This document shows, piece after piece, positions 33,127-33,362 of a stretch of 33,362 nucleotides of DNA. The DNA lies in the NCBI GenBank assembly GCA_032718475.1, contig JAUCBJ010008481.1, forward strand, positions 1-33,362, written 5' to 3'. How positions within the stretch are numbered: position 1 is the stretch's first letter; each line of letters opens with the position of its first letter. The notes beneath the pieces are model-generated. The model saw only the letters and a program-made list of their open reading frames with translations, ran no database searches and was not told the origin of the DNA. The stretch comes from Nemertoderma westbladi (taxonomy: Eukaryota; Animalia; Xenacoelomorpha). The translations under genes were made by a program, and so were the position numbers.

Positions 33127-33362
33127 CTATTATTACACCAACAACTAGTTCAGAAAAACAGCCTTTGGAATATTTTTAAATTATTGTTATATTAGAAATT
33201 AGTTTCAATGTTCCTTAAATCAGAATCAAGTCCAAAGACCTCCATTGACGTAGCAGCGCGATGGCTGCCGTTGCATTGCATTTGCTTATACAGTAATTGT
33301 GTAAATTCGACAAGCTTCCTTCCTGCCCCTGTCTCTAAGTATACTAATAAATGTAAATAAAG

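Overview
AT-rich eukaryotic (probably bilaterian invertebrate) DNA made almost entirely of nested, decayed transposable elements, with no convincing intact host gene. Left to right: a 30-bp minisatellite; a frameshifted Transib (RAG1-core-like) transposase on the minus strand with one RSS-like terminus; a minus-strand Ty3/Gypsy relic (SCAN-like gag, protease, RT/RNase H deleted, integrase) whose protease is split by a 5'-truncated L1/Tx1 LINE (13-bp TSD, poly-A) and whose gag abuts an RTE LINE; a foldback-like host element with a ~67-bp satellite; a 14.9-kb BEL/Pao LTR element (TG..CA LTRs, GTTCA TSD) with gag-protease, two in-frame pol deletions and an unrecognised ~500-codon extra ORF before the 3' LTR; a head-to-tail non-autonomous Helitron inside that element carrying a 146-bp-period array of CTCF-like motifs; and a 1.4-kb palindromic hAT-type MITE. 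Family calls rest on motif recognition by eye, no database searches were run, and some boundaries are approximate.
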